Of a stretch of DNA of 64,000 nt, positions 40,612 to 49,923 are shown piece by piece. Source of the stretch: an uncultured Candidatus Saccharibacteria bacterium (lineage in GTDB: Bacteria; Patescibacteriota; JAUYIX01; CAYMIK01); contig CAYMIK010000001.1 in the NCBI GenBank assembly GCA_964390745.1, positions 48,670-112,669 on the forward strand, in the 5' to 3' direction. Position 1 is the first letter of the stretch. Each line of letters opens with the position of its first letter. Below the pieces are notes generated by a model. The model worked only from the letters and a program-made list of their open reading frames with translations. It had not been told where the DNA came from and searched no databases. The position numbers were made by a program, and so were the translations under genes.

Positions 40612-41709
40612 TTGGGGCTAACTCTTTTCATGATGCAAGCAAAATTTGAACGAAGAAAAATAGTCCGAACCCAAACACTTGGGGAAGTTTTTCGTCGTAC
40701 GCGGTTAGAGCGTGGTTATCAACTCGATGAAGTTGCCAAGCGTACCATGATCCCAGTGGCCTTCGTTGAATATCTGGAAAAAGGGAAGCATGAAGCACTC
40801 CCGGCACGAGTGTACGTGGAAGGCTATGTCAGAAAGGTTGCGGATGCCCTGAACCTCAACGAAAACGCCATGGTGAAAATTTATAAACGAGAAGTGGGAA
40901 TTCAGGAAAACCTCGCCAAAGAACACAAAAAACACGAAAAGACCTCGCGATTTAAAAACCCGCGGTTTGTTGTTCATCCAACGCTCCTTCGAAATGTTGT
41001 GGTTGTCCTCCTTATCTTTGCTGCCGTTGGATACCTCTGGTTTCAGGTCAGTTCGCTTTCAAAGGCTCCACAGATCTCACTCATTCAGCCCAACAGCGAT
41101 ACCCATATTAACACCGACGAACTTCTGGTGCTTGGCAATGTGAGCAAAGGCGCATCGGTAACAATTAACGGGCAGTCAGTTTTTGTGAGTGAATCGGGTG
41201 ATTTCAAGGAAAATCTTACCCTTGAAGAAGGTGCCAATAGCATTCAAGTGCAGGCGCAAAGCCGTCTAGGGAAGGTAACCACTATTACCCGACAGGTGTA
41301 TGCCGATGTTCTCACGAACACAAAAGTAGCAACGACGAAGACTTCTGGCTCATCCGGGTCAACTTCCACCACGAATGGCGTCTCGAATACGCCGGCCGGA
41401 ACACCGATGGTTTTGGGTTCTGAAACAACATCCTCGGCAACGGTTCCTGTGTCTCAAGACGTCAAGGTGGGCGTAGCCATTGCTGATACGGCTACGTGGG
41501 TACAGGTTTCAGTAGATGGGAAACAGGCTTTTTCTGGCACGATGTTGCCTGGTTCTTCAAAGTCTTTCACGGGCAAAGACAACGTCACGATTACGAGCGG
41601 TAAAGCAAACAAGACGCTTATTACGTTCAATGGAAAAAATATCGGCGCGCTCGACTCTTCTGGTGGCGTAGTGCGTGATGTAAAGTTTGATAAGAATACG
41701 AGTTTGTAA
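40612..41709 (+). CDS. RodZ-like cytoskeleton protein (XRE-type HTH, TM, C-terminal DUF4115-like domain)
   Basis: N-terminal HTH (TLGEVFRRTRLERGYQLDEVAKRT), a TM helix (VVVLLIFAAVGYLWF), and a Ser/Thr-rich linker. Likely real start is the ATG at 40630 (MMQAKF); the track starts at the TTG at 40612. Promoter TTGCCC-17-TATAAT at 40578-40601. Confidence 0.65.
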   Translation: MGLTLFMMQAKFERRKIVRTQTLGEVFRRTRLERGYQLDEVAKRTMIPVAFVEYLEKGKHEALPARVYVEGYVRKVADALNLNENAMVKIYKREVGIQENLAKEHKKHEKTSRFKNPRFVVHPTLLRNVVVVLLIFAAVGYLWFQVSSLSKAPQISLIQPNSDTHINTDELLVLGNVSKGASVTINGQSVFVSESGDFKENLTLEEGANSIQVQAQSRLGKVTTITRQVYADVLTNTKVATTKTSGSSGSTSTTNGVSNTPAGTPMVLGSETTSSATVPVSQDVKVGVAIADTATWVQVSVDGKQAFSGTMLPGSSKSFTGKDNVTITSGKANKTLITFNGKNIGALDSSGGVVRDVKFDKNTSL

Positions 41710-42010
41710 ATTGCAAAAACGGACAACTCACCACTGGCGAGATTGCCGGCGGGGAGGTATCTTGTATTTTCCCCGCGATCGCTCTGGCTGTGGCCAATGT
41801 GGCGTGGGCTAGAGCTTGGTCACGGCGGGGCCGAGCAGAGACCCGGGTGGATCACCGGAAGATTCGGGGTGTCTGTCGGCGAGCGTAAGGCGTAGCGGCC
41901 TCTGCGCGACGGGGACTTCGCGAGGTGCGGAGGTGGGCTGCGTTGGGAGCGGAGCCTCGCCGATCCCACTCCCTTGTCGGTTCCGCCGCGTGCGCAAGCC
42001 GGATTCGAAT

Positions 42011-42226
42011 TCAGGGGTTCCCACTGCTTTTCCCTCCGCGAAGGTCATCCATGCTCAGGATGAGTTTGGGGTTTGTTAGGTCCACGGCGGGACCGGCGAA
42101 GCCGAGTCCACCTCGCCCCTCGACCATCTCCCACGGATCTCGCAGGTGGTAGGGGCGAATTCGTACTTCATTCTCGGCTGTGCGTCCAGAGGATTGAGAC
42201 TTTTCTCCAGCGGGCTCGTTCTTCAT
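42011..42226 (-). CDS. Hypothetical 71-aa protein in high-GC island D (possibly the 5' part of a frameshifted longer gene)
   Basis: MKNEPAGEKSQSSGRTAENEVRIRPYHLRDPWEMVEGRGGLGFAGPAVDLTNPKLILSMDDLRGGKSSGNP with strong RBS AAGGAAGAGG 3 nt before ATG. A second ORF in the +1 frame (41809..42048) continues for 79 aa. Confidence 0.4.
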   Translation of the reverse strand: MKNEPAGEKSQSSGRTAENEVRIRPYHLRDPWEMVEGRGGLGFAGPAVDLTNPKLILSMDDLRGGKSSGNP

Positions 42227-42393
42227 GGCCTCTTCCTTCTGACAGCGATGTGAATGATGCCATGGTACACACAAAACCCCTCTTTCGTAAAGGGTACTTT
42301 TCGGCTATAATGAACGTACTTTAATGTCTGCTTTAGACATTTTTAAGGAGGAGCTGGTAGTTTCAAGGAGCGAAGTAATTAAAGAAAGGTTTT

Positions 42394-43455
42394 ATGCCAA
42401 AAGCAAGTACAAAAGACGCTTCGATAAAAGTGAGCGAAGCTGAAAACAAAGAGCGAGCAAAGGCAGCACTCAAGGCTGTTGAACAAATTCAGGAGCGTTT
42501 TGGAGCTGGTTCGATTATGAAAATGGGAGAAGCAACCACCATGGATGTGGATGTTGTCCCAACGGGTTCGATTTCTCTTGATATCGCGCTTGGCGCAGGC
42601 GGTGTTCCTAAAGGACGCATCATCGAAATTTATGGACCTGAGTCTTCCGGAAAGACAACCTTGGCGCAACATATTGTGGCCGAAGTTCAAAAGCGTGGTG
42701 GAACAGCAGCATATATTGATGCTGAGCACGCCCTGGATCCAAAGTATGCCAAAAATGTTGGAGTGAACGTTGATGAGCTTCTCATCTCTCAGCCTGACAA
42801 CGGTGAGCAGGCCTTGGAAATTCTCGAAACCTTGGTGCAATCAAATGCGGTTGACGTTGTTGTAGTAGACTCCGTTGCTGCTCTTACGCCTCAAGCTGAA
42901 ATTGAAGGCGACATGGGTGAAGCACACATGGGCTTGCAGGCTCGACTCATGAGCCAAGCTCTGCGAAAGCTCACGGCAGCAATCAAGAAGTCTAACTGTA
43001 TCGTTGTCTTCATCAACCAAATTCGAATGAAAATTGGTGTGATGTTTGGTAACCCAGAAACGACTACGGGTGGAAATGCTTTGAAGTTTTATGCTTCTGT
43101 CCGATTGGAAATTCGACGACGAGCAACCATTAAGCGTGGTGAAGAAATGTTGGGTAACCGCGTCAAAGTAAAGGTTGCGAAGAACAAAATTGCTGCACCA
43201 TTTCAAACTGCAGAGTTTGACATCATTTTCTCAGAAGGAATTTCTCGTGAAGGTGATCTCGTTGACACTGGCGTTATGTATGGCGTTGTGAAGAAAGCTG
43301 GTGCTTGGTTCCAGTTTGGCGAAGAAAAGTTGGCGAACGGTCGCGAAGCTACCAAGGAATACTTGAAAGCGAACAAGAAGACCGCAGATGCCATCGAAAA
43401 AGCTATCTGGAAAGCCGTGAAAGATGGACAGGTGAAGGCAAAGGCAGAAGAGTAA
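42394..43455 (+). CDS. recA: Recombinase RecA
   Basis: [13 protein letters not shown] Walker A, L1/L2 loops and 353 aa. Upstream TATAAT at 42305-42310, then a palindrome ATGTCTGCTTTAGACAT that could be an operator. Confidence 0.95.
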   Translation: MPKASTKDASIKVSEAENKERAKAALKAVEQIQERFGAGSIMKMGEATTMDVDVVPTGSISLDIALGAGGVPKGRIIEIYGPESSGKTTLAQHIVAEVQKRGGTAAYIDAEHALDPKYAKNVGVNVDELLISQPDNGEQALEILETLVQSNAVDVVVVDSVAALTPQAEIEGDMGEAHMGLQARLMSQALRKLTAAIKKSNCIVVFINQIRMKIGVMFGNPETTTGGNALKFYASVRLEIRRRATIKRGEEMLGNRVKVKVAKNKIAAPFQTAEFDIIFSEGISREGDLVDTGVMYGVVKKAGAWFQFGEEKLANGREATKEYLKANKKTADAIEKAIWKAVKDGQVKAKAEE

Positions 43456-43459
43456 AATA

Positions 43460-43490
43460 AAAAAGGCCCTTGCAAAAGGGCCTTTTTCTT
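43460..43490 (+). terminator. Rho-independent terminator after recA
   Basis: AAAAAGGCCCTT-gcaa-AAGGGCCTTTTTCTT. Confidence 0.75.
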
Positions 43491-43504
43491 GGTAGAGAAA
43501 CTTT

Positions 43505-43846
43505 ATGAAAATCGTTCGACGAGACCAAACAAAAAAAGTTCAAAATGGAAAATCCTGTTACGCCTTTGAATATCCTATGGGAGACAAAGAAATCAACGGC
43601 GCAATCATTGGTATTACGGGGAAATACCCTGAGAATGGGCGTCTTGTGAACGAAAAGGTGCGAGAGATGGTGTATGTTATGCAAGGAAAGGGGTCAATAA
43701 CCATTGAGGGAGATTTTATACAACTCCAAGAGGGCGACCTTCTCATGATTGAGCCGGGTGAACGCTATGTTTGGGAAGGAAGTATGCGAATGTTCGTGCC
43801 GTGTGTCCCTGCTTGGTATCCTGAGCAGCATAAGCAGGTGGAATAA
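43505..43846 (+). CDS. Cupin-domain protein (113 aa)
   Basis: The two conserved beta-barrel motifs G(X)5... and ...EPGERYVWEG are typical of a small cupin. Confidence 0.55.
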   Translation: MKIVRRDQTKKVQNGKSCYAFEYPMGDKEINGAIIGITGKYPENGRLVNEKVREMVYVMQGKGSITIEGDFIQLQEGDLLMIEPGERYVWEGSMRMFVPCVPAWYPEQHKQVE

Positions 43847-44325
43847 TGTACAACCATGAACCAAAAGGGTATCACTGCCCGTTTTGTTTGCTTGCCTCCG
43901 GGGTAGAAAACAAAAATGTCCTTACGAAACAAGACGATATTGTGTATCAAGACCGACTCGTAACGGCGTTTATTGCATCACACTGGTGGCCAAAGAATGC
44001 AGGCCACGTAATAATCATTCCCAACAAGCACTTCGAAAATATTTATGATCTCCCCGATAATCTTTCTGCACGAATTCACAAAATAGAACGAATGGTGGCC
44101 ATTGCGTTCAAGGCGGTATACCACTGTGATGGGGTAAGTTCACGACAGCACAATGAGTCGGCTGGAAATCAGGATGTCTGGCATTATCATTTGCATGTGT
44201 TTCCTCGTTATAAAAATGATCAGTTGTACGAACATCATGCACAGAAACAAGTGGCGAACCCGGAAGAAAGAAAGAGATATAGCAAAAAAATTCGGACTTA
44301 CTTTCAAAAGCATCCCGTAAAGTAG
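43846..44325 (+). CDS. HIT-family (histidine triad) protein
   Basis: HVIIIPNKH... then HYHLHVFPR (HxHxHxx triad). 1-nt overlap with the cupin gene. Confidence 0.7.
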   Translation: MYNHEPKGYHCPFCLLASGVENKNVLTKQDDIVYQDRLVTAFIASHWWPKNAGHVIIIPNKHFENIYDLPDNLSARIHKIERMVAIAFKAVYHCDGVSSRQHNESAGNQDVWHYHLHVFPRYKNDQLYEHHAQKQVANPEERKRYSKKIRTYFQKHPVK

Positions 44326-44328
44326 TGA

Positions 44329-44655
44329 CTATTCGCCGTACAGTTCTTTGGTGTTCACTGAGAGTTTGATAATTTCATCCATCGAGTCATCGCTGGCGGC
44401 TTTGTTGCGAAGGAGTGCGCCGCATCGTTCACACTCGTACAGAATTTTCCAGGCGCCTTTTTTGTTTTTCTGAACGCCGGTTGGTTTCAATAGACCCTCA
44501 CACGTATTCGCTCGATCCCCAGGATGAATGTCTATATGCTTGCTGTATAAACAAAAAGGGCAGTGGTTACGGTAACCAACTGCTGCCTTTTCAACTTGTT
44601 TCCCGCAGTGGGAGCAGGTGAAAGATTCGTTTTTCGGAATGAATGTTTGGGACAT
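44329..44655 (-). CDS. RNHCP-domain zinc-ribbon protein
   Basis: CSHCGK...YRNHCPFCLYSKH...CERCG matches the RNHCP domain signature. 108 aa. Confidence 0.65.
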   Translation of the reverse strand: MSQTFIPKNESFTCSHCGKQVEKAAVGYRNHCPFCLYSKHIDIHPGDRANTCEGLLKPTGVQKNKKGAWKILYECERCGALLRNKAASDDSMDEIIKLSVNTKELYGE

Positions 44656-44707
44656 TGTTTTGTAATTTCTGGGCTCGCATCTTGCGGCGCCACACTCGAA
44701 ATAACAA

Positions 44708-45265
44708 CTATGCTCGTTCTACGTACGAACCGTCTCTGGTATCAACAATAATCTCTTCGCCTTCTTTGATGAACAAAGGAGCGTTAACTTGAAGACCAGT
44801 TTCGATCTTGATCTGCTTTGATCCGCCTTGCGCAGTATCACCTTTGATTCCAGGAGGGGACTCGATAACACGGAACTTCATTTTAATTGGAAGCTCGATA
44901 GCAACGGGCGCACCGTTGTAATACATAGCTTCAAGTTCAAGACCTTCTTTCAAGTAGTCTTTCTTGTCGCCAATTTGTGATGCATCTAAGGTGATGGTTT
45001 CATAGGTGTCTTGTTCCATGAACGAAAAGCTCTTGTCGTCACCATACAGGTACTGAACTTTTCGAAGATCCAAGTCGGCGGGTTCCATGGTTTCGTTTCC
45101 TTGAACCGTCTTCTCGAGAATTGAGCCGTTGATCATGTTTCGCAGCTTCAACTTCAAGACAGCGCCGCCGCGACCCATTTTGTGGTGCTCGGCTTTGATA
45201 ATTTCATATGGTTGGCCATTGATGGATACCTCAACGCCCATTTTCAATTCGTTCATTGAAAGCAC
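44708..45265 (-). CDS. efp: Elongation factor P
   Basis: KMGVEVSINGQPYEIIKAEHHKMGRGGAVLKLKLRNMINGS... is typical of EF-P. 185 aa. Confidence 0.9.
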   Translation of the reverse strand: MLSMNELKMGVEVSINGQPYEIIKAEHHKMGRGGAVLKLKLRNMINGSILEKTVQGNETMEPADLDLRKVQYLYGDDKSFSFMEQDTYETITLDASQIGDKKDYLKEGLELEAMYYNGAPVAIELPIKMKFRVIESPPGIKGDTAQGGSKQIKIETGLQVNAPLFIKEGEEIIVDTRDGSYVERA

Positions 45266-45300
45266 AAGAACCTCTCACTTTTAAATCTCTATTTATAGAT

Positions 45301-45365
45301 CCTTCGGCTTTTCAAAAAAACAAAAGGCACAAAGGAAGGCTTTTGCTTTTTTGAAAAGCCGAAGG
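45301..45365 (-). terminator. Long inverted repeat (19-bp perfect arms) with flanking T/A tracts between rpsR and efp; probable terminator of the rpsF-ssb-rpsR operon
   Basis: CCTTCGGCTTTTCAAAAAA (45301-45319) ... TTTTTTGAAAAGCCGAAGG (45347-45365). Confidence 0.6.
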
Positions 45366-45371
45366 TGATGA

Positions 45372-45596
45372 TTAACGCATCTCGTACGGCAACAATGCCA
45401 TATATCGAGCACGCTTGATTGCTTGCGTCAACTTTCGTTGATGCTTGGCGCAAACGCCCGTTCGGGTTGCAGCCATAATCTTTCCGTAAGGGGAAAGAAA
45501 TCGCTTCAAGTTGCGAGAATCTTTGTAGTCGATATCTTTTGCCTGGTCGATACAGAATCGGCAGGCTCGAGCTCGCTGGTAGAATTCAGTGTTCAT
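45372..45596 (-). CDS. rpsR: 30S ribosomal protein S18
   Basis: FYQRARACRFCIDQAKDIDYKDSRNLKRFLSPYGKI... 74 aa. Confidence 0.9.
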   Translation of the reverse strand: MNTEFYQRARACRFCIDQAKDIDYKDSRNLKRFLSPYGKIMAATRTGVCAKHQRKLTQAIKRARYMALLPYEMR

Positions 45597-45678
45597 TTAA
45601 TTATTTCTTAATACTTATGAAGTTAACGCGTGGCGTGAAAGCAGTTGCCTGCCCCCACGCGACGTTTGTTGATAAAAG

Positions 45679-46140
45679 TTAGAACGGAATGTCTTCGATG
45701 CTAATCTCTTCATCCTTTGGCGCTGCAGCTGCCGTAGAAGCAGCAGGTGCCTTGGATGTTTCGTCAATTGTCATGTTGGTAACAGGAGAGTTGGCAGCAG
45801 ATCCACCAGATGAGCGTCCGCCCAACATGATCATGTTATCAGCAATGATCTCTGTTCGGTAACGCTTCTTTCCATCGTCGCCGTCCCAGTTGCGGGTTTC
45901 AAGGCGACCTTCGATGTACACTTGAGAACCTTTCTTCAAGTACTGACCAATGATGTCAGCAAGCTTTCGCCAGGCAACCACATTGTGGAATTCGGTCTTT
46001 TCTTTGTCTCCGCCTGACTGATCTTTCCACTTCATGGATGTTGCTACTGAGAAGTTGGCAACATTTTGACCCGAAGGGGTAGTCTTTACTTCTGGATCTC
46101 GGGTAAGGCGCCCGATAATCATGACTTTGTTGAGGTCCAT
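45679..46140 (-). CDS. ssb: Single-stranded DNA-binding protein
   Basis: MDLNKVMIIGRLTRDPEV...NVANFSVAT...TEFHNVVAWRKLADI... OB fold, Gly/Ser-rich linker, acidic C-terminal tip DIPF. Confidence 0.9.
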   Translation of the reverse strand: MDLNKVMIIGRLTRDPEVKTTPSGQNVANFSVATSMKWKDQSGGDKEKTEFHNVVAWRKLADIIGQYLKKGSQVYIEGRLETRNWDGDDGKKRYRTEIIADNMIMLGGRSSGGSAANSPVTNMTIDETSKAPAASTAAAAPKDEEISIEDIPF

Positions 46141-46213
46141 ATTGTTCCTCTAAGATTAATTTGCTCTCACTCTAGAATAGCACAGGTTAAAAGAATCTAA
46201 ACTATTCGTTAAA

Positions 46214-46873
46214 CTACTTATCGATGTCTGGATTCTTGTCCAAGTCGTCTTCTAAGATTTCATCAAGCTTCTTATCGATAGCTTCCAAATCTTTTTCAGA
46301 GGTAACCTTCTTTTCGGCCAAATCTTTCTTCATTTCTTCCTTGATCTTTTCAGCTGTTTCTTTCGTCAAAACTTCCAATTCAGGATCAGCGGCAGCAGCT
46401 TTTGCTTCTTTCTTCTTGGCTCGTTTTGCATCGCGTTCAGCTTGCAATCGTTTTACCTTCTCGGAGTCTTTCTTGATGAGCAAGAAACGCATGATTGGTT
46501 CAATGAGCTTCAGCTGCTTTTCGAGGTCAATAACCGTCCGAGGTTGCAAGTTGAGTTTCAAAACAACATACACGCCCATGTTGTGACCGTTGATTTCGTA
46601 TGAAAGTTTTTGCTTTCCCCAAATGCTCTCGTCGGCAATTTTTCCTTCGATTTTCTCAACAATCTTTCGAATGTGTTCAGAAACGGAAGCCTGCTCTACA
46701 TCGTTCACTGTTGGGGTGAGCAAGTAGGTGAGTTCGTACTGAACAGGTTCTTTATTTTCTTCTGCAGCAAAAAGTTCTACATCGGTAGCTTCGGTTTGAA
46801 GTTCCGCGTTGATATCCTTTTTTGCTTCTTCTGCTTCAACTTCTTTCGAAGCCTTGGTCTTTGCATCGGCCAT
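46214..46873 (-). CDS. rpsF: 30S ribosomal protein S6 with long K/E-rich C-terminal extension
   Basis: YELTYLLTPTV...HIRKIVEKIEGKIADESIWGKQKLSYEINGHNMGVYVVLKL... Start chosen at MADAKT (ATG 46871-46873, RBS AAAGGAAAA). The track ORF extends in-frame to 47098 through GC-rich non-coding sequence. Confidence 0.8.
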   Translation of the reverse strand: MADAKTKASKEVEAEEAKKDINAELQTEATDVELFAAEENKEPVQYELTYLLTPTVNDVEQASVSEHIRKIVEKIEGKIADESIWGKQKLSYEINGHNMGVYVVLKLNLQPRTVIDLEKQLKLIEPIMRFLLIKKDSEKVKRLQAERDAKRAKKKEAKAAAADPELEVLTKETAEKIKEEMKKDLAEKKVTSEKDLEAIDKKLDEILEDDLDKNPDIDK

Positions 46874-47116
46874 TGATTTTCCTTTATGTATAGCTAAAAA
46901 ATAGGGTCCAGACATGGGTGCCCCGCGTATAAAGGCGGGATCTGGAAGCCCCCGCAGCTTATCATTTGGGGTGTTTTTTGTCAAGAACATGGGGCAAATT
47001 CGAAGCCCCCTCGACCACGCAGTGGCGTGAGCGAAGGAGGCCCCGAAGGACAGCCGTTGGCGGTACAACTTCGGGCGCCGTCTTCTGTCTAGGGCCAAGA
47101 AGGCGGCGTTGTGCGG

Positions 47117-47272
47117 CTACTCGAGCCGCTCTGAGAGAGCATGGAAACCGAGCGCGATGACGAGTAGTGTGAATCCGGTGTAGGGCAGGTCGTGGTCGAT
47201 GAACCAGCAACCCACGCCTCCTACTTTCTCGCATGCTCGGTTGAGTGAGCTGCTAAGTGTCAGACGGTCCAT
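47117..47272 (-). CDS. Hypothetical 51-aa small membrane protein, 2nd gene of high-GC island E
   Basis: MDRLTLSSSLNRACEKVGGVGCWFIDHDLPYTGFTLLVIALGFHALSERLE. RBS GAGAGGAG 5 nt before the ATG. One TM segment. Begins 32 nt after the stop of the 185-aa gene. Confidence 0.4.
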   Translation of the reverse strand: MDRLTLSSSLNRACEKVGGVGCWFIDHDLPYTGFTLLVIALGFHALSERLE

Positions 47273-47304
47273 CGAGCTCCTCTCGTATGAGTCAGGATGT
47301 GTAG

Positions 47305-47862
47305 CTAACCTCGTGTCAGAAACAGACCCAGAACGATTGCGAAGGGGACCAGGATCATCGCGATGAGGTTCACGAAGATCCAAAACAGGTCCCTGGCGGT
47401 CAGATAGTTCAGAACAGGCCACCGGCCTCCGAAAAACAACTGATGGAGGCGACAGGCAAAACGATCGTGATGCTTCTCGAGCGGAGTCGCCGTGACGTTG
47501 TCGTCCGGCCAGCCTCGGGGAGCAAGCTTTCTGAAGACTCGCATCTTCACTGCGTTGGTCTGGTTCCTTGCACACCTCGAGAGCTTGAACGGGATTGTGG
47601 AGGCCACGAGCAGCAGAATCCCGATCATGTTGAACGGTCCCATCTTGGGGTAAGGCCGTGGTAGCCGTGTCCCAGGTGGGTCCAGGTGCATCCACCGCGC
47701 GTTGCTCGGATCGTGGGCGTCTTCAAGCAGTGGGATGGGGTTTCCGAATCCCCACGCCATGAAAGCTTCGCAGCCCCATTGAAGGAGGCCGCCTGCGAAC
47801 ATCACGATTCCAGCGAGAGAGTCCAGGAAGGGGGTGCGCTCGTCATGCAGCTTCGCCATCAT
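47305..47862 (-). CDS. Hypothetical 185-aa membrane protein (3 predicted TM helices) in high-GC island E
   Basis: MMAKLHDERTPFLDSLAGIVMFAGGLLQWGCEAFMAWGF...FNMIGILLLVASTIPF...LFWIFVNLIAMILVPFAIVLGLFLTRG. RBS AAAGGAAG upstream. High GC. No recognisable family. Confidence 0.55.
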   Translation of the reverse strand: MMAKLHDERTPFLDSLAGIVMFAGGLLQWGCEAFMAWGFGNPIPLLEDAHDPSNARWMHLDPPGTRLPRPYPKMGPFNMIGILLLVASTIPFKLSRCARNQTNAVKMRVFRKLAPRGWPDDNVTATPLEKHHDRFACRLHQLFFGGRWPVLNYLTARDLFWIFVNLIAMILVPFAIVLGLFLTRG

Positions 47863-47953
47863 GAGGCTTCCTTTCGATCGGCTCGAAGCCGAGGAATGAG
47901 CAAAACTGCCTGCAGTCTAGCAGGAAGGTGTTTTTAAAATCAAGTTTCTTATG

Positions 47954-49057
47954 TTAATTCGCAAAGAAGAAGTGCATGACATCGCCGTCTTGGACGACGT
48001 AGTCTTTGCCTTCGAGTTTCAATTTTCCGTGTTCACGGCAACCGGCTTCTCCGTTGAATTGAACAAAGTCTTGCCAGTTGATGACTTCTGCTTTGATAAA
48101 TCCGTTTTCGAAGTCGGTGTGAATAACACCAGCAGCTTGCGGTGCCTTGGTGCCGCGCGTTATCGTCCATGCGCGAGTTTCGGTGGGGCCACTCGTTAAA
48201 TAGGTGATGAGGTTTAAAGCTTCGTATGATTTTTGAACGAGGTCATCAAGGCCAGACTGTTTGAGTCCGTAGGTTTCGAGCAATTCTTTTTTCTCTGTCT
48301 CATCGAGCTCGGAAAGTTCTTGTTCAATTTTGACCGAAATAGCCACGGCTTCTTTAATCTCTGGTTTTTTTGCCATAACGTCTTGAAGAATTTTTTCTCG
48401 ATCTTGAATCTGTGATTCAGAAATATTCAAAACATATACAAATGGTTTGCTGGTGATAAGCTGCAAGTCGTGAATGATTTTTGCTTCGTCAGCATCTGCA
48501 GGCGAAACCGTGTTGGCCAGCTTTCCTTCGCTCAATGCTTTTTGGAGTTTTTCGTAGGCGACAGCTTCTTTGATGGATTGTTTATCGCCCGACTTCGCTT
48601 TTTTTGAGACAGCTGAAAGTCGTTTTTCGGTGGTTTCGAGATCTGCCAAAACAAGTTCTGCGTTAATTACTTCGATGTCATCCATTGGGTCAACGCGTCC
48701 TGAGACATGAATAATATCGCCGTCTTCAAACGCTCGCACGATGTGTGCAATGGCATCAACTTCACGAATGTTGGCGAGAAATTTATTTCCTAAACCTTCG
48801 CCTTTGTGCGCGTCTTTTACGAGCCCAGCAATATCGACAAATTCAATGGTGGTTGGAAGTTTTTTTACTGATTGCGAAACAACCGCAAGTTTTTCAATGC
48901 GTTCGTCGGGAACGGTAACGGTTCCAACATTTGGTTCAATGGTTGCAAACGGATAGTTTGCAGCTTCAACCTGATTTTTTGTAATGGCATTAAAGAGGGT
49001 AGACTTTCCAACGTTTGGAAGGCCAACAATGCCGACAGCAAATGACATATTATTCAA
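47954..49057 (-). CDS. ychF: Ribosome-binding ATPase YchF
   Basis: (MNN)MSFAVGIVGLPNVGKSTLFNAIT..., an Obg-like G domain, and a C-terminal TGS domain (VQDGDVMHFFFA). Confidence 0.9.
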   Translation of the reverse strand: MNNMSFAVGIVGLPNVGKSTLFNAITKNQVEAANYPFATIEPNVGTVTVPDERIEKLAVVSQSVKKLPTTIEFVDIAGLVKDAHKGEGLGNKFLANIREVDAIAHIVRAFEDGDIIHVSGRVDPMDDIEVINAELVLADLETTEKRLSAVSKKAKSGDKQSIKEAVAYEKLQKALSEGKLANTVSPADADEAKIIHDLQLITSKPFVYVLNISESQIQDREKILQDVMAKKPEIKEAVAISVKIEQELSELDETEKKELLETYGLKQSGLDDLVQKSYEALNLITYLTSGPTETRAWTITRGTKAPQAAGVIHTDFENGFIKAEVINWQDFVQFNGEAGCREHGKLKLEGKDYVVQDGDVMHFFFAN

Positions 49058-49664
49058 AAAGATTAAGGAGTTCAGATGGCGAATCTACAATAGCAGCTGG
49101 ATTGCCTTCTTGCAACAGCTTTCGGTCATGGAAGCCCCAGGTAACAGCAATAGCGGGCACTCCTACTTTTGTTGCTTCCAAGATGTCTCCGAGCGTATCT
49201 GTGATAATCACCGAGCTCTCTGGGGATGCTTTATGTTTCTGCAGGAGGTACTGAATTTTTTCGTGCTTGCTTTCATGAAATTCAAAACCGAGAATTTCTT
49301 CAAATGATCCTTCGAGTCTGTGCTCTGCAAGAAATTTTTCTACGGAACTCTTTGCACTTGAGGTGACAATGTTCATACGAAAATTTTTTGAGAGACGGGA
49401 AACTACGTTCTCCATTCCGGGTACGGGGTACATACCTCGGACCCTTTTGTCATAGTTCTTTGCCCACTGCGGCTTGATGTCTTCTATGGGTACAGATGGC
49501 TTCGTGCGTATGCTATCGTAGACATTTCCTGCAAAGTACATTCTATAGTCTTCTTCTCGCGCTTCTGGTATGAATGACTGCCAAATTTCAAAGGATAATT
49601 TAAAACTATCGATGATAACACCATCAAAATCAAAGTGAAGAAGTTTTGTGTGCTTAAAAGTCAT
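49050..49664 (-). CDS. HAD-superfamily hydrolase (phosphatase-like)
   Basis: Motif I FDFDGVIIDS and 204 aa. 8-nt overlap with the ychF start. Confidence 0.6.
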   Translation of the reverse strand: MTFKHTKLLHFDFDGVIIDSFKLSFEIWQSFIPEAREEDYRMYFAGNVYDSIRTKPSVPIEDIKPQWAKNYDKRVRGMYPVPGMENVVSRLSKNFRMNIVTSSAKSSVEKFLAEHRLEGSFEEILGFEFHESKHEKIQYLLQKHKASPESSVIITDTLGDILEATKVGVPAIAVTWGFHDRKLLQEGNPAAIVDSPSELLNLFE

Positions 49665-49923
49665 GAAGATAGGCCCGTTGAATGCGAAGAGTCTATCGTG
49701 GTTTGCGGCTTTTGTAAAGCATTATAGCTTTTTCTTCGACTTCTTTGGAACCTTCGCACCAGCTTTCCTCGCCTTCGACAAACCTACCGCAATAGCTTGT
49801 TTGCGGCTCTTGAAGCGACGTGTGCGCTTTTGCTCATGCAGTTCTTTGTGCACGTGTAAACCCTTGACACGCTGCTCAATAGGGTATATTGTCTATTACA
49901 CAATAAATATTGTCTGTATAACA

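Noticed and set aside
41745-42250. Island D as a structured RNA (tmRNA or RNase P RNA) because GC-rich segments in AT-rich genomes are often RNA genes
   Set aside because: No tRNA-like T-arm/CCA end or GGGG...UUCGACGGG 5' end for tmRNA. The RNase P P4-like strings (GAAGUCC / CCGGCUUG) occur in the wrong order on the only strand where both are present. A well-placed RBS and ORF favour a protein gene. An Rfam scan is still advisable.
46874-47098. In-frame 75-aa N-terminal extension of ribosomal protein S6 (track ORF 46214-47098)
   Set aside because: The extension runs through GC-rich non-coding sequence downstream of island E and has no RBS. The canonical S6 start MADAKT at 46871-46873 has a good RBS (AAAGGAAAA). 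The open frame is probably a coincidence of high GC.
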